Shown here: positions 9,461-19,459 of the stretch, piece after piece
How positions within the stretch are numbered: position 1 is the first letter of the stretch
Layout of the letters: each line of letters opens with the position of its first letter
NCBI GenBank assembly: GCA_002841625.1
Contig: PHAG01000016.1
Coordinates: 1 to 49,120, forward strand
Direction of reading: 5' to 3'
Origin: Firmicutes bacterium HGW-Firmicutes-1
GTDB lineage: Bacteria > Bacillota > Clostridia > Lachnospirales > Vallitaleaceae
Length of the DNA stretch: 49,120 nt
The notes under the pieces: generated by a model
Told to the model about the DNA's origin: nothing
Seen by the model: only the letters and a program-made list of their open reading frames with translations
Databases searched by the model: none
Translations under genes and position numbers: made by a program

Positions 9461-9588
9461 AATTCCATCCTCCTTTTAAAAACTAGTAATAGTAATAATA
9501 AAATACCTGTATTTATTTTTCATATCTAATTATATAGGAAAAATATTATCGTGAGTACACCCGAAAGTATTAGAATAATAATATAATA

Positions 9589-9608
9589 GGCTCCCAATTC
9601 TGGGAGCC
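9589..9608 (-). terminator. hairpin terminator downstream of LuxR-family gene
   Basis: ggctcccaattctgggagcc perfect hairpin in an AT-rich context. Confidence 0.5.
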
Positions 9609-9643
9609 GTGATTTATTGATCAATGATTAAAATATAGATTCA

Positions 9644-10417
9644 TTAACAAGATTCGCTTTTTTTGACAGAGTATAAAGAAAATAGTTGACCTCGCTTCTT
9701 TATCCCGAGCTTTATGAAAATATTTTGTAGATGCATCTTCACAGTATTGATAGAAATTCCAAGATTTATAGCTATTTCAGGATTGGATTTATTAAATAAA
9801 ACCTGTTGTACAATTTCTCGCTCCCTAACAGTAAGCAAGTTAAAGTAATCAATTTCTAGCTCAGTATCTGGTAAATTGTATAATTTTGAACGTAACGTCT
9901 TTTTCTCATAAACCCATCGCAACTTGTTAACAAGATGTGGATATAGAGTATGTAAAATGAGAAGTTCTTTTTCTAGAAAATTTCCGATGCTTTTTTCCCG
10001 ATGAAGGCATAGAGCTCCATAAGACATATAGTCATCCTTTATATCAAAGCCGAGTATGTAATAAACATTATTTTCTTTTAGAAAATCATAATAATACTCG
10101 CTTTGTTTCGTCCATTTGCTATAATCTAACAAATCAGTACTACGAGCGATTAATAAATTATTCAAATTATATTTCTGATGAAATTCGTCTAAGTGAACAT
10201 AATGTTGCAAGTAGTTATTTAGAGAATTCTGAGGAGAATCCATGAAAACCAAAGCTTGCTGGGGATGGGTAATAAGAGGTGGGTACAACCAAAAGTTTGC
10301 TGTATCAAACCATACTATTTTTCTAATCATATCAAGAACAATTTTACGGATTTCAAAGATGTCCTCAGTAGTACCAATAGCGGCGACTATATCAAGTATT
10401 CGTTTTTCATTTGTCAT
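9644..10417 (-). CDS. LuxR-family transcriptional regulator (C-terminal HTH_LuxR; N-terminal roughly 190-aa domain of unknown function)
   Basis: C-terminal LTVREREIVQQV...NTVKMHLQNIFIKLG is the LuxR/GerE HTH signature. No receiver domain, so it is not a classical response regulator. Confidence 0.7.
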   Translation of the reverse strand: MTNEKRILDIVAAIGTTEDIFEIRKIVLDMIRKIVWFDTANFWLYPPLITHPQQALVFMDSPQNSLNNYLQHYVHLDEFHQKYNLNNLLIARSTDLLDYSKWTKQSEYYYDFLKENNVYYILGFDIKDDYMSYGALCLHREKSIGNFLEKELLILHTLYPHLVNKLRWVYEKKTLRSKLYNLPDTELEIDYFNLLTVREREIVQQVLFNKSNPEIAINLGISINTVKMHLQNIFIKLGIKKRGQLFSLYSVKKSESC

Positions 10418-10447
10418 ACGCTCACCCCCAACAAACGCTTAGGCATA

Positions 10448-12337
10448 TTAAAAGTTTTTGATTTCCTCATCAAGTTGCATTAAATATTCTTGCCTCTCCA
10501 TTTTAAATAAAAGTTCTTCTTCGGTTTTATCTTTTTTCTCTGCAAGCTCTTGTAGTTTCACAAAATCAGTTGCACTTTTTTGCATAGCTTCGTCGATTGT
10601 AGCCAAGGTAGCTTCAAGTACTTCAATTTCACTATCTATCTTTTCAAATTCTAATTTTTCTTTGTAAGTAAATTTCGGCTTTTTTGCTTGTGCTTTTACA
10701 TTCTCTTGAGTTGGTTTAGAAGTAGATTTTGTTATGGCAACAGGCTCGGGTCGATGTAGTAAGTAATCAGAATAATTGCCGGGGTATTCTGTAATGCTTC
10801 CTTCACCTTCAAACGCAAAAATCTTCTTGCAGGTACGATCCAAGAAATAACGATCATGAGAAACTGTAATAACCGCTCCCCTGAAATCATCTAAATAGTC
10901 CTCTAAAATTTTCAAAGTATCAATATCTAAATCATTCGTTGGTTCATCTAGAATAAGGATGTTTGGTTCATCAATAAGGATTTTTAAAAGATATAAACGT
11001 CTTCGTTCACCGCCTGATAATCTAGAAATGGGGGTCCATTGCATATCACCAGTAAAAAGGAAGGTTTCCATTAGTTGAGATGCACTTATTCTAATACCAG
11101 CTCCATTGGTGATATATTCTGCAGTCTCTTTAATGTATTCTATTGCACGTATGTTGAGGGGCATTTCCTCTGATTCTTGAGAAAAATAACCAATATTAAC
11201 TGTGCTACCAATATCAATCGTTCCTTGATCAACCGTAATCTTTCCAGTAATAATATTTAACAAGGTTGATTTACCAATACCATTTTCACCAATAATACCT
11301 AAACGGTCATCCCGAAGCAAGATATAACTGAAATCCTTAATGAGAAGTTGAGAGTAGGCTTTTGAAATGTTTTTTATCTCAATAATTTTATTTCCTAACC
11401 TCGAATTACCGACAGAAATATTGATTTTTGCATCGTTCAATATTTTTTCACTACTTTCAATATCTTCAAATCGTTGAATACGAGCTTTTTGCTTTGTTGT
11501 TCTTGCTCTTGCACCTCTTCGCATCCATTCTAATTCATTTCTATATAAGTTGAGACGTTTTCGTTCATTGGCATTTTCACGAGCTTGTCTTTCGATTTTC
11601 TTTTCCACAAATAGAGAGTAGTTCCCATCATATGAAAATAATTGACTGCTATCTAATTCAAGTGTCTTATTAACAACTCGATCTAAGAAATACCTATCAT
11701 GGGTAATCATGATCAGGGCGCCTTTTCGAGATTCTAAATATTTTTCTAGCCAATCAATGGTGTTATTGTCCATGTGATTTGTCGGTTCGTCCAATATGAG
11801 CAAATCGCAGGGGGATATTAACGCGCTTGCAAGAGCTACTCGTTTCTTCTGTCCACCGGATAAGTGATCCATCTTTTTGTTAAAATCGGTAACGCCTAGT
11901 TTGGTTAGAATTGTCTTAACTTGACTTTCATAATCCCATAAATCTAACGTTTTCATATCATTAGAGAGTGTGATAAGCTGTTGTTGCAAATGAGCATCTG
12001 AAGGATTGTGTTCAATTGCTTCAAGTGTTTCTTCATAGTTTCGAATGAGTTCCATAGAAGGAGAATTACCCTTAAATACCTGTTGAAGTACTGTAGATTC
12101 TAAGTCATAATCTGGATTTTGAGGTAAGTATTCAATTTTAATTCCTTTGGCATAGCTGAGATTACCAGAGTCAGCAGTTTCAAGTCCAGCAATTATTTTA
12201 AGCAGTGTAGACTTTCCAGTTCCGTTTACACCTATTAGACCTATTTTATCGGTATCAGTAACTGAAAAAGAAATATTCTCAAAAAGCTTTTTTATTCCAT
12301 AACTTTTGCTTATATTTTCAATTGATATTAAGGTCAT
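10448..12337 (-). CDS. ABC-F family ATPase (two ABC cassettes, no TM domain, C-terminal coiled-coil; Uup/EttA-like translation factor type)
   Basis: Two Walker A sites (GVNGTGKST, GENGIGKST) and two signature motifs (LSGGQKKRV, LSGGERRRL). Long inter-domain linker and a charged C-terminal helix. Confidence 0.85.
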   Translation of the reverse strand: MTLISIENISKSYGIKKLFENISFSVTDTDKIGLIGVNGTGKSTLLKIIAGLETADSGNLSYAKGIKIEYLPQNPDYDLESTVLQQVFKGNSPSMELIRNYEETLEAIEHNPSDAHLQQQLITLSNDMKTLDLWDYESQVKTILTKLGVTDFNKKMDHLSGGQKKRVALASALISPCDLLILDEPTNHMDNNTIDWLEKYLESRKGALIMITHDRYFLDRVVNKTLELDSSQLFSYDGNYSLFVEKKIERQARENANERKRLNLYRNELEWMRRGARARTTKQKARIQRFEDIESSEKILNDAKINISVGNSRLGNKIIEIKNISKAYSQLLIKDFSYILLRDDRLGIIGENGIGKSTLLNIITGKITVDQGTIDIGSTVNIGYFSQESEEMPLNIRAIEYIKETAEYITNGAGIRISASQLMETFLFTGDMQWTPISRLSGGERRRLYLLKILIDEPNILILDEPTNDLDIDTLKILEDYLDDFRGAVITVSHDRYFLDRTCKKIFAFEGEGSITEYPGNYSDYLLHRPEPVAITKSTSKPTQENVKAQAKKPKFTYKEKLEFEKIDSEIEVLEATLATIDEAMQKSATDFVKLQELAEKKDKTEEELLFKMERQEYLMQLDEEIKNF

Positions 12338-12470
12338 GTTTGTTCATCCTTTGACAAAATAATGTTTTACAATCTATTGTACCATAATTATGCAAACGAT
12401 TAAAGTTGTAATAAAATGTATAAGGTGATAATATTGTAGGAGAAATGAAGAGCTTAAATATTCGAAAGGG

Positions 12471-13811
12471 ATGGGTGTTGTGGATTACGATAAGAAAATA
12501 AGATGGATTCGTAATGGACATTATGTTATTAATTTTATAATTATATTATTTATTTCAATTATCATTTCGGAAACAACACTTAGAATTTGTGGAAAATTCG
12601 AGGCAAGAGAGTTTTTGGAACGTGCTCAATATTTGCCTTTAATACCTTGGCAGGTTCCCGTGTTCTGTGTTTTACTTATGATTATTTTTGCAATTTCTAA
12701 TTTGGTTAAGAGTAAGTTTAGCCTTACACAACCAGTATTAATTAGAATTTTATGTGTATTTGACCTAATTATTGGGGTTAGTATAAGCTATTATTTAAAT
12801 CTTAGCTATAAAGGTATTTTGTTACTCATTATAGCAAATATGATTTTGTATATCAAAGAACAACGATCAAGAATTATATTTATCATCATATCATTGATTA
12901 TATATAGCTTCTTTGATTACGATGTTATTTCTATTAAATTAAACATGTTCTCAATCAATGAATACATAGATTTTTACCCCGATGTGCAAAGATTATATAT
13001 ATACAGTATTAAGAATGTTTTTACATCCTTAAATGAAGTAGGATTCATTGCTTTTATATTTATGCTCTTACAAGGTGAGATTAGTGAAAATCAGGCTATT
13101 AAAAAACTGAATTCAAAGCTTGAGATTACAGCAGATGAGCTTCGTACTGCAAATGAAAAATTAGAAGAATATGCAAGGGAGTCTGAAGAAATTGCTAAGA
13201 TGAAAGAGCGCAACAGATTGGCGCGTGAAATTCATGATATTTTAGGTCATACGCTCACAAGTATAACCATGGGAATAGAAGCCTGTTTGGCCATATTTCC
13301 AATTGATGTTGAAAAGGCAAAGTGTCAGCTTGAGAAAATTTTAGACACTTCGAAAAAAGGTCTTCTTGATGTTAGGAGATCAGTTAGAGAGTTAAAAGTG
13401 GATACGCAGAAAGATTATTCATTGATAAAATCTATACAAAACTTAACAGAAGACATCAATGAATGTACTGATACAGTGGTCAAGCTTGAAATAGTTGGTG
13501 AAGTGATGAAGCTTAAAAATGATGAAAAGCAGACTATTTTTAGAATCATTCAAGAAAGTATTACAAATTCCATGAGGCATGGAAAAGCCAAACACATAGA
13601 TGTAAATATTGAATTTGACTATTACAAAATAAACATACATATTGTTGATGATGGTATTGGATGCGAAACTATAAAAAGTGGATTTGGGCTTACACATATG
13701 CAAGAACGTGTAGATATGTTAAAAGGTAGTATCCATTATGAAGCGATTAAGAACAAAGGGTTTGAAACTAAAGTCAGTATTCCAGTGAGATGGGGAGATG
13801 CATATGATTAA
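12471..13811 (+). CDS. sensor histidine kinase, HisKA_3 family (multi-TM N-terminal sensor, NarL/DegS-type H-box)
   Basis: About six N-terminal TM helices, a coiled coil, H-box RNRLAREIHDILGH and HATPase_c motifs (NSMRHG, DDGIG). Confidence 0.8.
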   Translation: MGVVDYDKKIRWIRNGHYVINFIIILFISIIISETTLRICGKFEAREFLERAQYLPLIPWQVPVFCVLLMIIFAISNLVKSKFSLTQPVLIRILCVFDLIIGVSISYYLNLSYKGILLLIIANMILYIKEQRSRIIFIIISLIIYSFFDYDVISIKLNMFSINEYIDFYPDVQRLYIYSIKNVFTSLNEVGFIAFIFMLLQGEISENQAIKKLNSKLEITADELRTANEKLEEYARESEEIAKMKERNRLAREIHDILGHTLTSITMGIEACLAIFPIDVEKAKCQLEKILDTSKKGLLDVRRSVRELKVDTQKDYSLIKSIQNLTEDINECTDTVVKLEIVGEVMKLKNDEKQTIFRIIQESITNSMRHGKAKHIDVNIEFDYYKINIHIVDDGIGCETIKSGFGLTHMQERVDMLKGSIHYEAIKNKGFETKVSIPVRWGDAYD

Positions 13812-14475
13812 AATACTTATTGTTGATGATCAAGAACTAATTAGACAAAGTTTGGAGTTAATGTTAAGTAGTAGAAGTCAATTTAAAATCGTAGGAACAG
13901 CATCAGATGGTAGAGAAGCCATTGCCATGACAAGAAAATTTAAACCAGACATTATTTTAATGGATATACGAATGCCTGAAATTGATGGTATAGAATGTAT
14001 AAAGATCATCAAAGAAAATTACAAAGAAATAAAGATTATCGTCTTAACCACCTTCGATGATGAAGAATATATTTTTGAATCCTTTAAACATGGGGCAAAT
14101 GGATTTTTATTGAAAGGTATTTCTATTAATGAGCTAGTACATACGATTGAAACTGTTTATAAGGGCGGATCTCTAGTGGAACCGAAAGTGGCTAGTAAAG
14201 TTTTAGCACTCTTTTCACAAATGGCAAAGTCAGATTATATTTCGAAAGTAGATAGTGTTGATATCAGTTCACTTAGTATTAATGAATTGAAAATCATTCA
14301 GTTTATTGGACGAGGTATGTCGAATAAAGAAATTACAATCAAGATGAATTTTAGCGAGGGAACCATTAGAAACTACATTAGCAATATTCTTACAAAACTG
14401 AATTTAAGAGATCGCACACAAATTGCTATTTTTGCAATTCAATCAAGCATCATGATAAGAGAATTCGAAGAGTAG
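13798..14475 (+). CDS. response regulator, NarL/LuxR family
   Basis: Receiver domain (ILIVDDQ...DIRMPEIDG) plus C-terminal LuxR HTH (LSINELKIIQFIGRGMSNKEI). The start may be ATG 13804. Confidence 0.85.
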   Translation: MHMIKILIVDDQELIRQSLELMLSSRSQFKIVGTASDGREAIAMTRKFKPDIILMDIRMPEIDGIECIKIIKENYKEIKIIVLTTFDDEEYIFESFKHGANGFLLKGISINELVHTIETVYKGGSLVEPKVASKVLALFSQMAKSDYISKVDSVDISSLSINELKIIQFIGRGMSNKEITIKMNFSEGTIRNYISNILTKLNLRDRTQIAIFAIQSSIMIREFEE

Positions 14476-14484
14476 GTATAAATT

Positions 14485-15783
14485 ATGAATAGAAAAAGCA
14501 AAACTATTTTAATAAAAGCATTGGTAATATGTACTTTAATGAGTATTGTTTTTTTTGTATATCAAAAAAATAGAACAATTCATATTGAATTTGGACTTTT
14601 TGCTGGAAGTAATTGGAATGTACCAATATCAGAGTGCTATAAAATATATGATGAAGCAATTAGGGAATTTGAAAAAGAATATCCTAATATTAAAGTAACC
14701 TATAGAAGTGGTGCATTAAGAGAGGATTACTCAGAGTGGGTAGCTCAAAAGATATTGAATGGAAATGAGCCAGATGTTTTTATTGTGCCTGAAGAAGATT
14801 TTAATACATTTTCGTCAATTGGTATGTTAGAAGATTTAAATGCTTATATAGAAAAGGATCATGAATTTGAATTAGATGCTTTTTATGATAAAGCTTTAGA
14901 GGCAGGTATGTATGACGATAAAAGATACTCTGTACCAATGGAGATTGTACCCTCGCTTATGTGTGTCAATGTTACATTGCTTAACAAAGAGGGAATCGTG
15001 TTGCCAGAGAATGACTGGACTTGGGGAGAGTTTTATAAGATTTGCAAAGACGTAACAAAGGATACAGATGGTGATCATATCATCGATCAATTTGGTGTTT
15101 ATGGTTATCAGTGGGATCAAGCATTTTATTCAAATGGACAAGTGCTATTTGATGAAAAAGGAAAAACGCTTCAATTTATGGATGCTGCTATGGTAGAAAC
15201 AATTGATTTGGTAAAAAATTTGAATCAGTTAAATCTTGGTGTAAAGGTAACAGCTAAGGATTTTGACACGGGTAAAGTAGCGTTTAGACCCTTTACGCTT
15301 GCAGAATACAGAGCCTACAGAGATTACCCTTATAGCATAAAAAAATATTCGGCTTTTCAATGGAAATATGTGAGTTTTCCTAAGGGACCGGGTGGAGAAA
15401 ACATTGCTGAATCAACGCCCTTATTAATTGGTATGAGTTCAAGGACGAAGGAAGGAAAGGCTGCATGGGAATTCATTAAATATTTAACCTATAATGTAGA
15501 AACCCAACTAAATGTTTGGGATTACACCAACGGTATGCCAGCGAATAAAAGGGCAGTAGAAAAAATATTTGAACGACAAAAAACAGGCGTTGCAGGGGTA
15601 CTTGATTATGAAATGCTTTCAAACTTAATTGAAGATTCGGTGATTTCATTGAGGTTTAAAAAATACAATCAAATAAAAGAAGTCATTGATCAAATTATTT
15701 ATTTGGGTATTATCGAAGAAAAAAATGCTGGACAATTGGTAAGAGATATAAAAAGAGAAGTGAACAAACAGTTATTAGAATAA
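14485..15783 (+). CDS. extracellular solute-binding protein (SBP family 1, carbohydrate-type) with N-terminal TM anchor
   Basis: 432 aa with an N-terminal hydrophobic helix and the typical length and composition of sugar ABC SBPs. No cognate permease or ATPase genes nearby. Confidence 0.65.
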   Translation: MNRKSKTILIKALVICTLMSIVFFVYQKNRTIHIEFGLFAGSNWNVPISECYKIYDEAIREFEKEYPNIKVTYRSGALREDYSEWVAQKILNGNEPDVFIVPEEDFNTFSSIGMLEDLNAYIEKDHEFELDAFYDKALEAGMYDDKRYSVPMEIVPSLMCVNVTLLNKEGIVLPENDWTWGEFYKICKDVTKDTDGDHIIDQFGVYGYQWDQAFYSNGQVLFDEKGKTLQFMDAAMVETIDLVKNLNQLNLGVKVTAKDFDTGKVAFRPFTLAEYRAYRDYPYSIKKYSAFQWKYVSFPKGPGGENIAESTPLLIGMSSRTKEGKAAWEFIKYLTYNVETQLNVWDYTNGMPANKRAVEKIFERQKTGVAGVLDYEMLSNLIEDSVISLRFKKYNQIKEVIDQIIYLGIIEEKNAGQLVRDIKREVNKQLLE

Positions 15784-15811
15784 AGCTAAAATTTTAGGAG
15801 ATACTAGTTAT

Positions 15812-15965
15812 TTCGGTGGTATTGGAAGAATTTGAGGCACATTAATTGGGGTGCTTGTTATAGCAGTACTTAACAATGGACTGAATCTAATGAATGTAAA
15901 TTCCTTTTGGCAATCCATTGCCAAAGGACTTGTAATTCTTGTTGCAGTAAAAAAGAAAAATTAAT
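15812..15965 (+). pseudogene. remnant of the C-terminus of a ribose/xylose-type ABC sugar permease (RbsC-like), interrupted by an in-frame TGA
   Basis: Translation gives [49 protein letters not shown], the conserved C-terminal helix of RbsC/XylH-family permeases. No N-terminal part and no start codon. Confidence 0.55.
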
Positions 15966-16003
15966 ATATTTATGTTGATTGATAACGCAATACTCAATAT
16001 ACT

Positions 16004-16033
16004 AAAGGTGCACAACACGCACCTTTTCGTTTC
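16004..16033 (+). terminator. rho-independent terminator following the permease remnant
   Basis: aaaggtgcacaacacgcaccttt hairpin followed by a T-run. Confidence 0.65.
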
Positions 16034-16082
16034 TGATTAGAGGAATGGCCATTTAATTTATCGTTCACTTCATTTATGAGTA

Positions 16083-16096
16083 ATGACAATTGTCAT
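16083..16096. promoter_or_regulatory. perfect 14-bp palindrome ATGACAATTGTCAT, candidate operator upstream of the RbsB-like gene
   Basis: Exact dyad symmetry about 95 bp upstream of the start codon. Confidence 0.35.
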
Positions 16097-16188
16097 ATAC
16101 AAACGATGACATTATTCTATAGTTTCACATTCCTAAATCATATACAATCTAGATATAAACATAAACCTAATAGGAGAGGTTAATTATT

Positions 16189-17184
16189 ATGAAGCAAATC
16201 AGCAAAAGAATAATGGCAGTATTATTAATTGCAACATTTACAGCATTTATGTTTACAGCATGTAGTACCAAAGAGGTAGCAACAGACAAACCTACAGAAG
16301 GTACAGAAGCAACGGATGCACCAGAAGCAAAGCACTATAAATTTGGGGCTACATATATGACAATGAACAACCCATTTTTTGTCGCTTTAAATGGTGGTAT
16401 TAAGGATGTAGTAGAAGCAAACGGAGACACTTTAATCGCATTAGATCCAGCTCTTGATGTCAGTAAACAAATTAGTCAAATAGAAGATTTAGTTGCTCAA
16501 GGTGTTGATGCAATTTTCGTTAACCCAGCAGACTGGAAAGGAATTCGTCCAGCGCTAGAAGCAGCACAAGCAGCAGGCATTCCAATTATCAATGTAGATG
16601 CACCAGTATTTGATGTGGATTTAGTAAATTCTATAGTAGCATCAGACAATTATAACGCAGGTGTACTTTGTGCAAAAGATATGATGTCAAAATTAAAATC
16701 AGCAAAGATTGTAATATTAGAGCATCCAACAGCTAAATCAGCAATTGATAGAACAGATGGTTTTATTGATACAATCAAAGACATGCCACAATATGAAATA
16801 GTAGCAAAACAATCATCAGAAGGTCAATTAGAACAAGCTATGCCAGTAATGGAAAATATTATCCAAGCCAATCCAGTAATTGATGTTGTAATGGCACTGA
16901 ATGATCCAACAGCAATGGGTGCATTAGCAGCATTAGAATCAGCAAAAAGAGCAGAAGGCGTTCTAGTATATGGCGTAGATGGATCACCTGATGCAAAACA
17001 AATGATTTCTGACGGTAAAATGACAGGAACAGCAGCTCAATCTCCAATCACAATTGGAACAACTGCAGCTGAATTAGCTTACAAAATATTAAAAGGCGAA
17101 ACAGTTGAAAAAGAAGTTTTTGTAGATGTTATTTATATTGATAAGACGAATGTAAATGAATATGGATTAGACGGTTGGCAATAA
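16189..17184 (+). CDS. sugar ABC transporter substrate-binding lipoprotein (Peripla_BP_4, RbsB-like)
   Basis: Lipobox FTAC, followed by an S/T/E/A-rich linker and a periplasmic-binding-protein type I fold signature (GATYMTMNNPFF...VDAIFVNP). Confidence 0.8.
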   Translation: MKQISKRIMAVLLIATFTAFMFTACSTKEVATDKPTEGTEATDAPEAKHYKFGATYMTMNNPFFVALNGGIKDVVEANGDTLIALDPALDVSKQISQIEDLVAQGVDAIFVNPADWKGIRPALEAAQAAGIPIINVDAPVFDVDLVNSIVASDNYNAGVLCAKDMMSKLKSAKIVILEHPTAKSAIDRTDGFIDTIKDMPQYEIVAKQSSEGQLEQAMPVMENIIQANPVIDVVMALNDPTAMGALAALESAKRAEGVLVYGVDGSPDAKQMISDGKMTGTAAQSPITIGTTAAELAYKILKGETVEKEVFVDVIYIDKTNVNEYGLDGWQ

Positions 17185-17203
17185 AAAGCTTTTAGATTTC
17201 ATT

Positions 17204-17235
17204 GGCTCCCTATAGTAAATTAGGGAGCCGTTTAT
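17204..17235 (+). terminator. terminator hairpin after the RbsB-like gene
   Basis: ggctccctatagtaaattagggagcc hairpin. Confidence 0.55.
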
Positions 17236-17254
17236 AAAATTAAAGAGGTGAAAT

Positions 17255-18199
17255 ATGAAGAAAATCTTTACACTTGGAGAAATATTAATTGATTTTGTTT
17301 CAATGAACTCTAGCAATCAAGTTTATTTGAAATGTCCAGGAGGTGCACCAGCAAATGTTGCATGTGGTATTTCAAGGCTTGGAGGAAAGAGCGGTTTCAT
17401 AGGTGGCTTTGGAGATGATATGTTTGGACATTATTTACAGGAAATACTAGAGAGCCTAAACGTTGATACAAAGAATGTAGTATTTATCAAGGATTATAGA
17501 ACTCAACTAGTGTTTGTATCTAATGATGAAAAGGGAGAAAGATATTTTAGTTTTTATGTAAAAGAACCAGCAGATACGAAACTTAGTCCGGAAATGATCA
17601 CGCAAGAACAGATGAAAGATTGTGATATTTTACATATAGGTTCTATCTCAATGATTCAGGAGCCAGTAAAATCTGCTACGATTAAAGCTGTTGAAATTGT
17701 CAAAGCAAACAATGGGTTGATTTCTTTCGATCCGAATATACGATTAAATTTATGGCCTACTGAAGAACAAATGATTCAAACAATTACATTCATGTTACCC
17801 TTCGTTGATATCCTTAAAGTTTCAGAAGAAGAACTTGAATGCATAACTCAAATTAAGGACATTCAACAAGCTATAACAAGCTTAGATCATTATCAAATCC
17901 CTTTGATTATTGTTTCATTGGGAGAAAAAGGATCTATGGCATTTATAAATGGACAAAACACATTAATACCTTCTATATCTATAACACCAGTTGATACAAC
18001 TGGTTCAGGAGACGCTTTTATAGCAGGAGTTTTATATAAACTAAGCCAAATGAATCAAGATATTAAAGAGATACCATTAACGGAGATTGAAGTAATATTA
18101 AGATTTGCAAATCTATGCGGTGCTCATACAGCTTTGGATAGAGGTGCCATTCAATCAATGCCGACGCTTGAAGATTTAGAAAAGTATGATGTAATTTAA
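17255..18199 (+). CDS. PfkB-family carbohydrate kinase, fructokinase-like
   Basis: LGEILIDF...GGAPANVA N-terminal motif and DTTGSGDAF anion-hole motif of the ribokinase/PfkB family. Confidence 0.8.
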   Translation: MKKIFTLGEILIDFVSMNSSNQVYLKCPGGAPANVACGISRLGGKSGFIGGFGDDMFGHYLQEILESLNVDTKNVVFIKDYRTQLVFVSNDEKGERYFSFYVKEPADTKLSPEMITQEQMKDCDILHIGSISMIQEPVKSATIKAVEIVKANNGLISFDPNIRLNLWPTEEQMIQTITFMLPFVDILKVSEEELECITQIKDIQQAITSLDHYQIPLIIVSLGEKGSMAFINGQNTLIPSISITPVDTTGSGDAFIAGVLYKLSQMNQDIKEIPLTEIEVILRFANLCGAHTALDRGAIQSMPTLEDLEKYDVI

Positions 18200-18408
18200 T
18201 CGAAGGGAAGAAGTCCCCCACTTCTTAAGTCGTTTAAATTATATTTCATGGTTGTTCAAACATTAACATTTCATTCTATCCTTCCTATATAATATAGAAT
18301 AGGGACGTACTTCTTGCCGTGTTGCTGAAAAGTGACAAGGTGAGAAATACGTCTCCATTTCTAATTTGGGAAGAAGGTGTTCAGAGGCTATCTTGCATAT
18401 GGCTTATA

Positions 18409-18437
18409 TTGACAAATAAATACACCTAGTATAAAAT
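18409..18437 (+). promoter_or_regulatory. sigma-A-type promoter TTGACA-17-TAAAAT
   Basis: ttgaca 18409-18414, 17-nt spacer, taaaat 18432-18437. Lies about 55 nt upstream of the 18495 ORF. Confidence 0.55.
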
Positions 18438-18494
18438 TTAAAGTGATGTTATTTATAGCAATAAAACTTGAGGGATTAAAAGGAGAAGGACTTT

Positions 18495-19427
18495 ATGAAT
18501 AAACGCATCAAAATTATCTTGTTTATAGTTCTTGTTTTTATGCTGGTTAGTGTAACTGGAATAATAGCTGACACAGGTAATAATAACGACTATAGTGATA
18601 TTGGCTCTGGCGGAGATTATGGTGGTGGAGGGGATGGTGACGGGATTGCTAGCTTAATATTTTGGCTTATATTCTCAGCACTTCCATGGCCACTGAAATT
18701 AATCATTGTAATTGCTATTGTCGTATTTGGTCTTAAGTCAAAAACGAAGAGGAAAAGCAATAGAAGTATAAATCAACAGGTAAATCAAATGAACATACCT
18801 GCCGGAGTTAAAAATAACGCATCAATCATTGAACCAGCAATTAAAGCAATTGACCCATTGTTCAGTACAAATAAGTTTTTAACCTGGACAGAAGAAGTAT
18901 TTATGACTTTACAACAAGCTTGGACTGCAAGAGATTGGAGCAAAATAAGACCTTTTGAAAAGGAAGAGTTATATCGTAAACATGAAATGCAGTTACAGGA
19001 ATACATTAATTTAGGAACCATCAATGTAATGGAGAGAATTAATGTGAATCAAACCTATTTACATAAGTATGTTAGAGATTCTGAGTATGAGTATCTTACA
19101 GTATTGCTTTCAGCAAGAATGAATGATTATATTATTAATGAAAAAACAAGAGAGGTTGTTAAAGGAGACCCTAACAGAGAATTCTTTACAGATTACTTGT
19201 TGACCTTTATGAGAAAAAAAGGCGTTCTAACAGATCCTGCCACAAGCAATTTAAGTACTAAGAGTTGTCCACATTGTGGTGCACCAGTTGCAATTACGAG
19301 TGCAGGCAAATGTGAATACTGTGATTTTATTGTTACTACAGGAGAACATGATTGGGTACTATCTGATCTTGATTCTGTTAAGCACAATACATACATAGAT
19401 AATTCGGGAGTTATTATAAACGAATAA
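18495..19427 (+). CDS. membrane protein: N-terminal TM, Gly/Asp-rich segment, two TM helices, Tim44-like domain and C-terminal zinc ribbon (YdjH/YdjG-like)
   Basis: Hydrophobic N-terminus, GGDYGGGGDGDG low-complexity stretch, then FWLIFSALPWPLKLIIVIAIVVFG TM. Central region has Tim44-like character. C-terminal CPHCG...CEYCD zinc-ribbon pair. Confidence 0.5.
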   Translation: MNKRIKIILFIVLVFMLVSVTGIIADTGNNNDYSDIGSGGDYGGGGDGDGIASLIFWLIFSALPWPLKLIIVIAIVVFGLKSKTKRKSNRSINQQVNQMNIPAGVKNNASIIEPAIKAIDPLFSTNKFLTWTEEVFMTLQQAWTARDWSKIRPFEKEELYRKHEMQLQEYINLGTINVMERINVNQTYLHKYVRDSEYEYLTVLLSARMNDYIINEKTREVVKGDPNREFFTDYLLTFMRKKGVLTDPATSNLSTKSCPHCGAPVAITSAGKCEYCDFIVTTGEHDWVLSDLDSVKHNTYIDNSGVIINE

Positions 19428-19459
19428 TATAAATAAATATAAATCAGGAGGGTTCATTT

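Noticed and set aside
10242-10667. Small plus-strand ORFs at the LuxR / ABC-F junction
   Set aside because: They overlap the 3' end of the minus-strand ABC-F gene and the 5' end of the LuxR gene. Serine/isoleucine-rich translations are typical of antisense AT-rich frames.
12338-12470. Leader of the ABC-F gene as an antibiotic-responsive attenuator (as in vga/lsa/msr ARE genes)
   Set aside because: The leader is short and contains no small uORF-plus-terminator arrangement. The protein's C-terminal coiled coil fits a housekeeping Uup-type ABC-F rather than an ARE.
18203-18240. Terminator after the PfkB kinase gene
   Set aside because: A hairpin aagaagt-ccccc-acttctt exists but the downstream tract is not U-rich. 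Too weak to call, though it may still function.
18240-18408. Possible structured RNA between the kinase gene and the membrane-protein promoter
   Set aside because: A 9-bp stem (gggacgta...tacgtctcc) encloses about 35 nt, but it matches no riboswitch class I can recognise by eye. It is likely a leader or terminator remnant.
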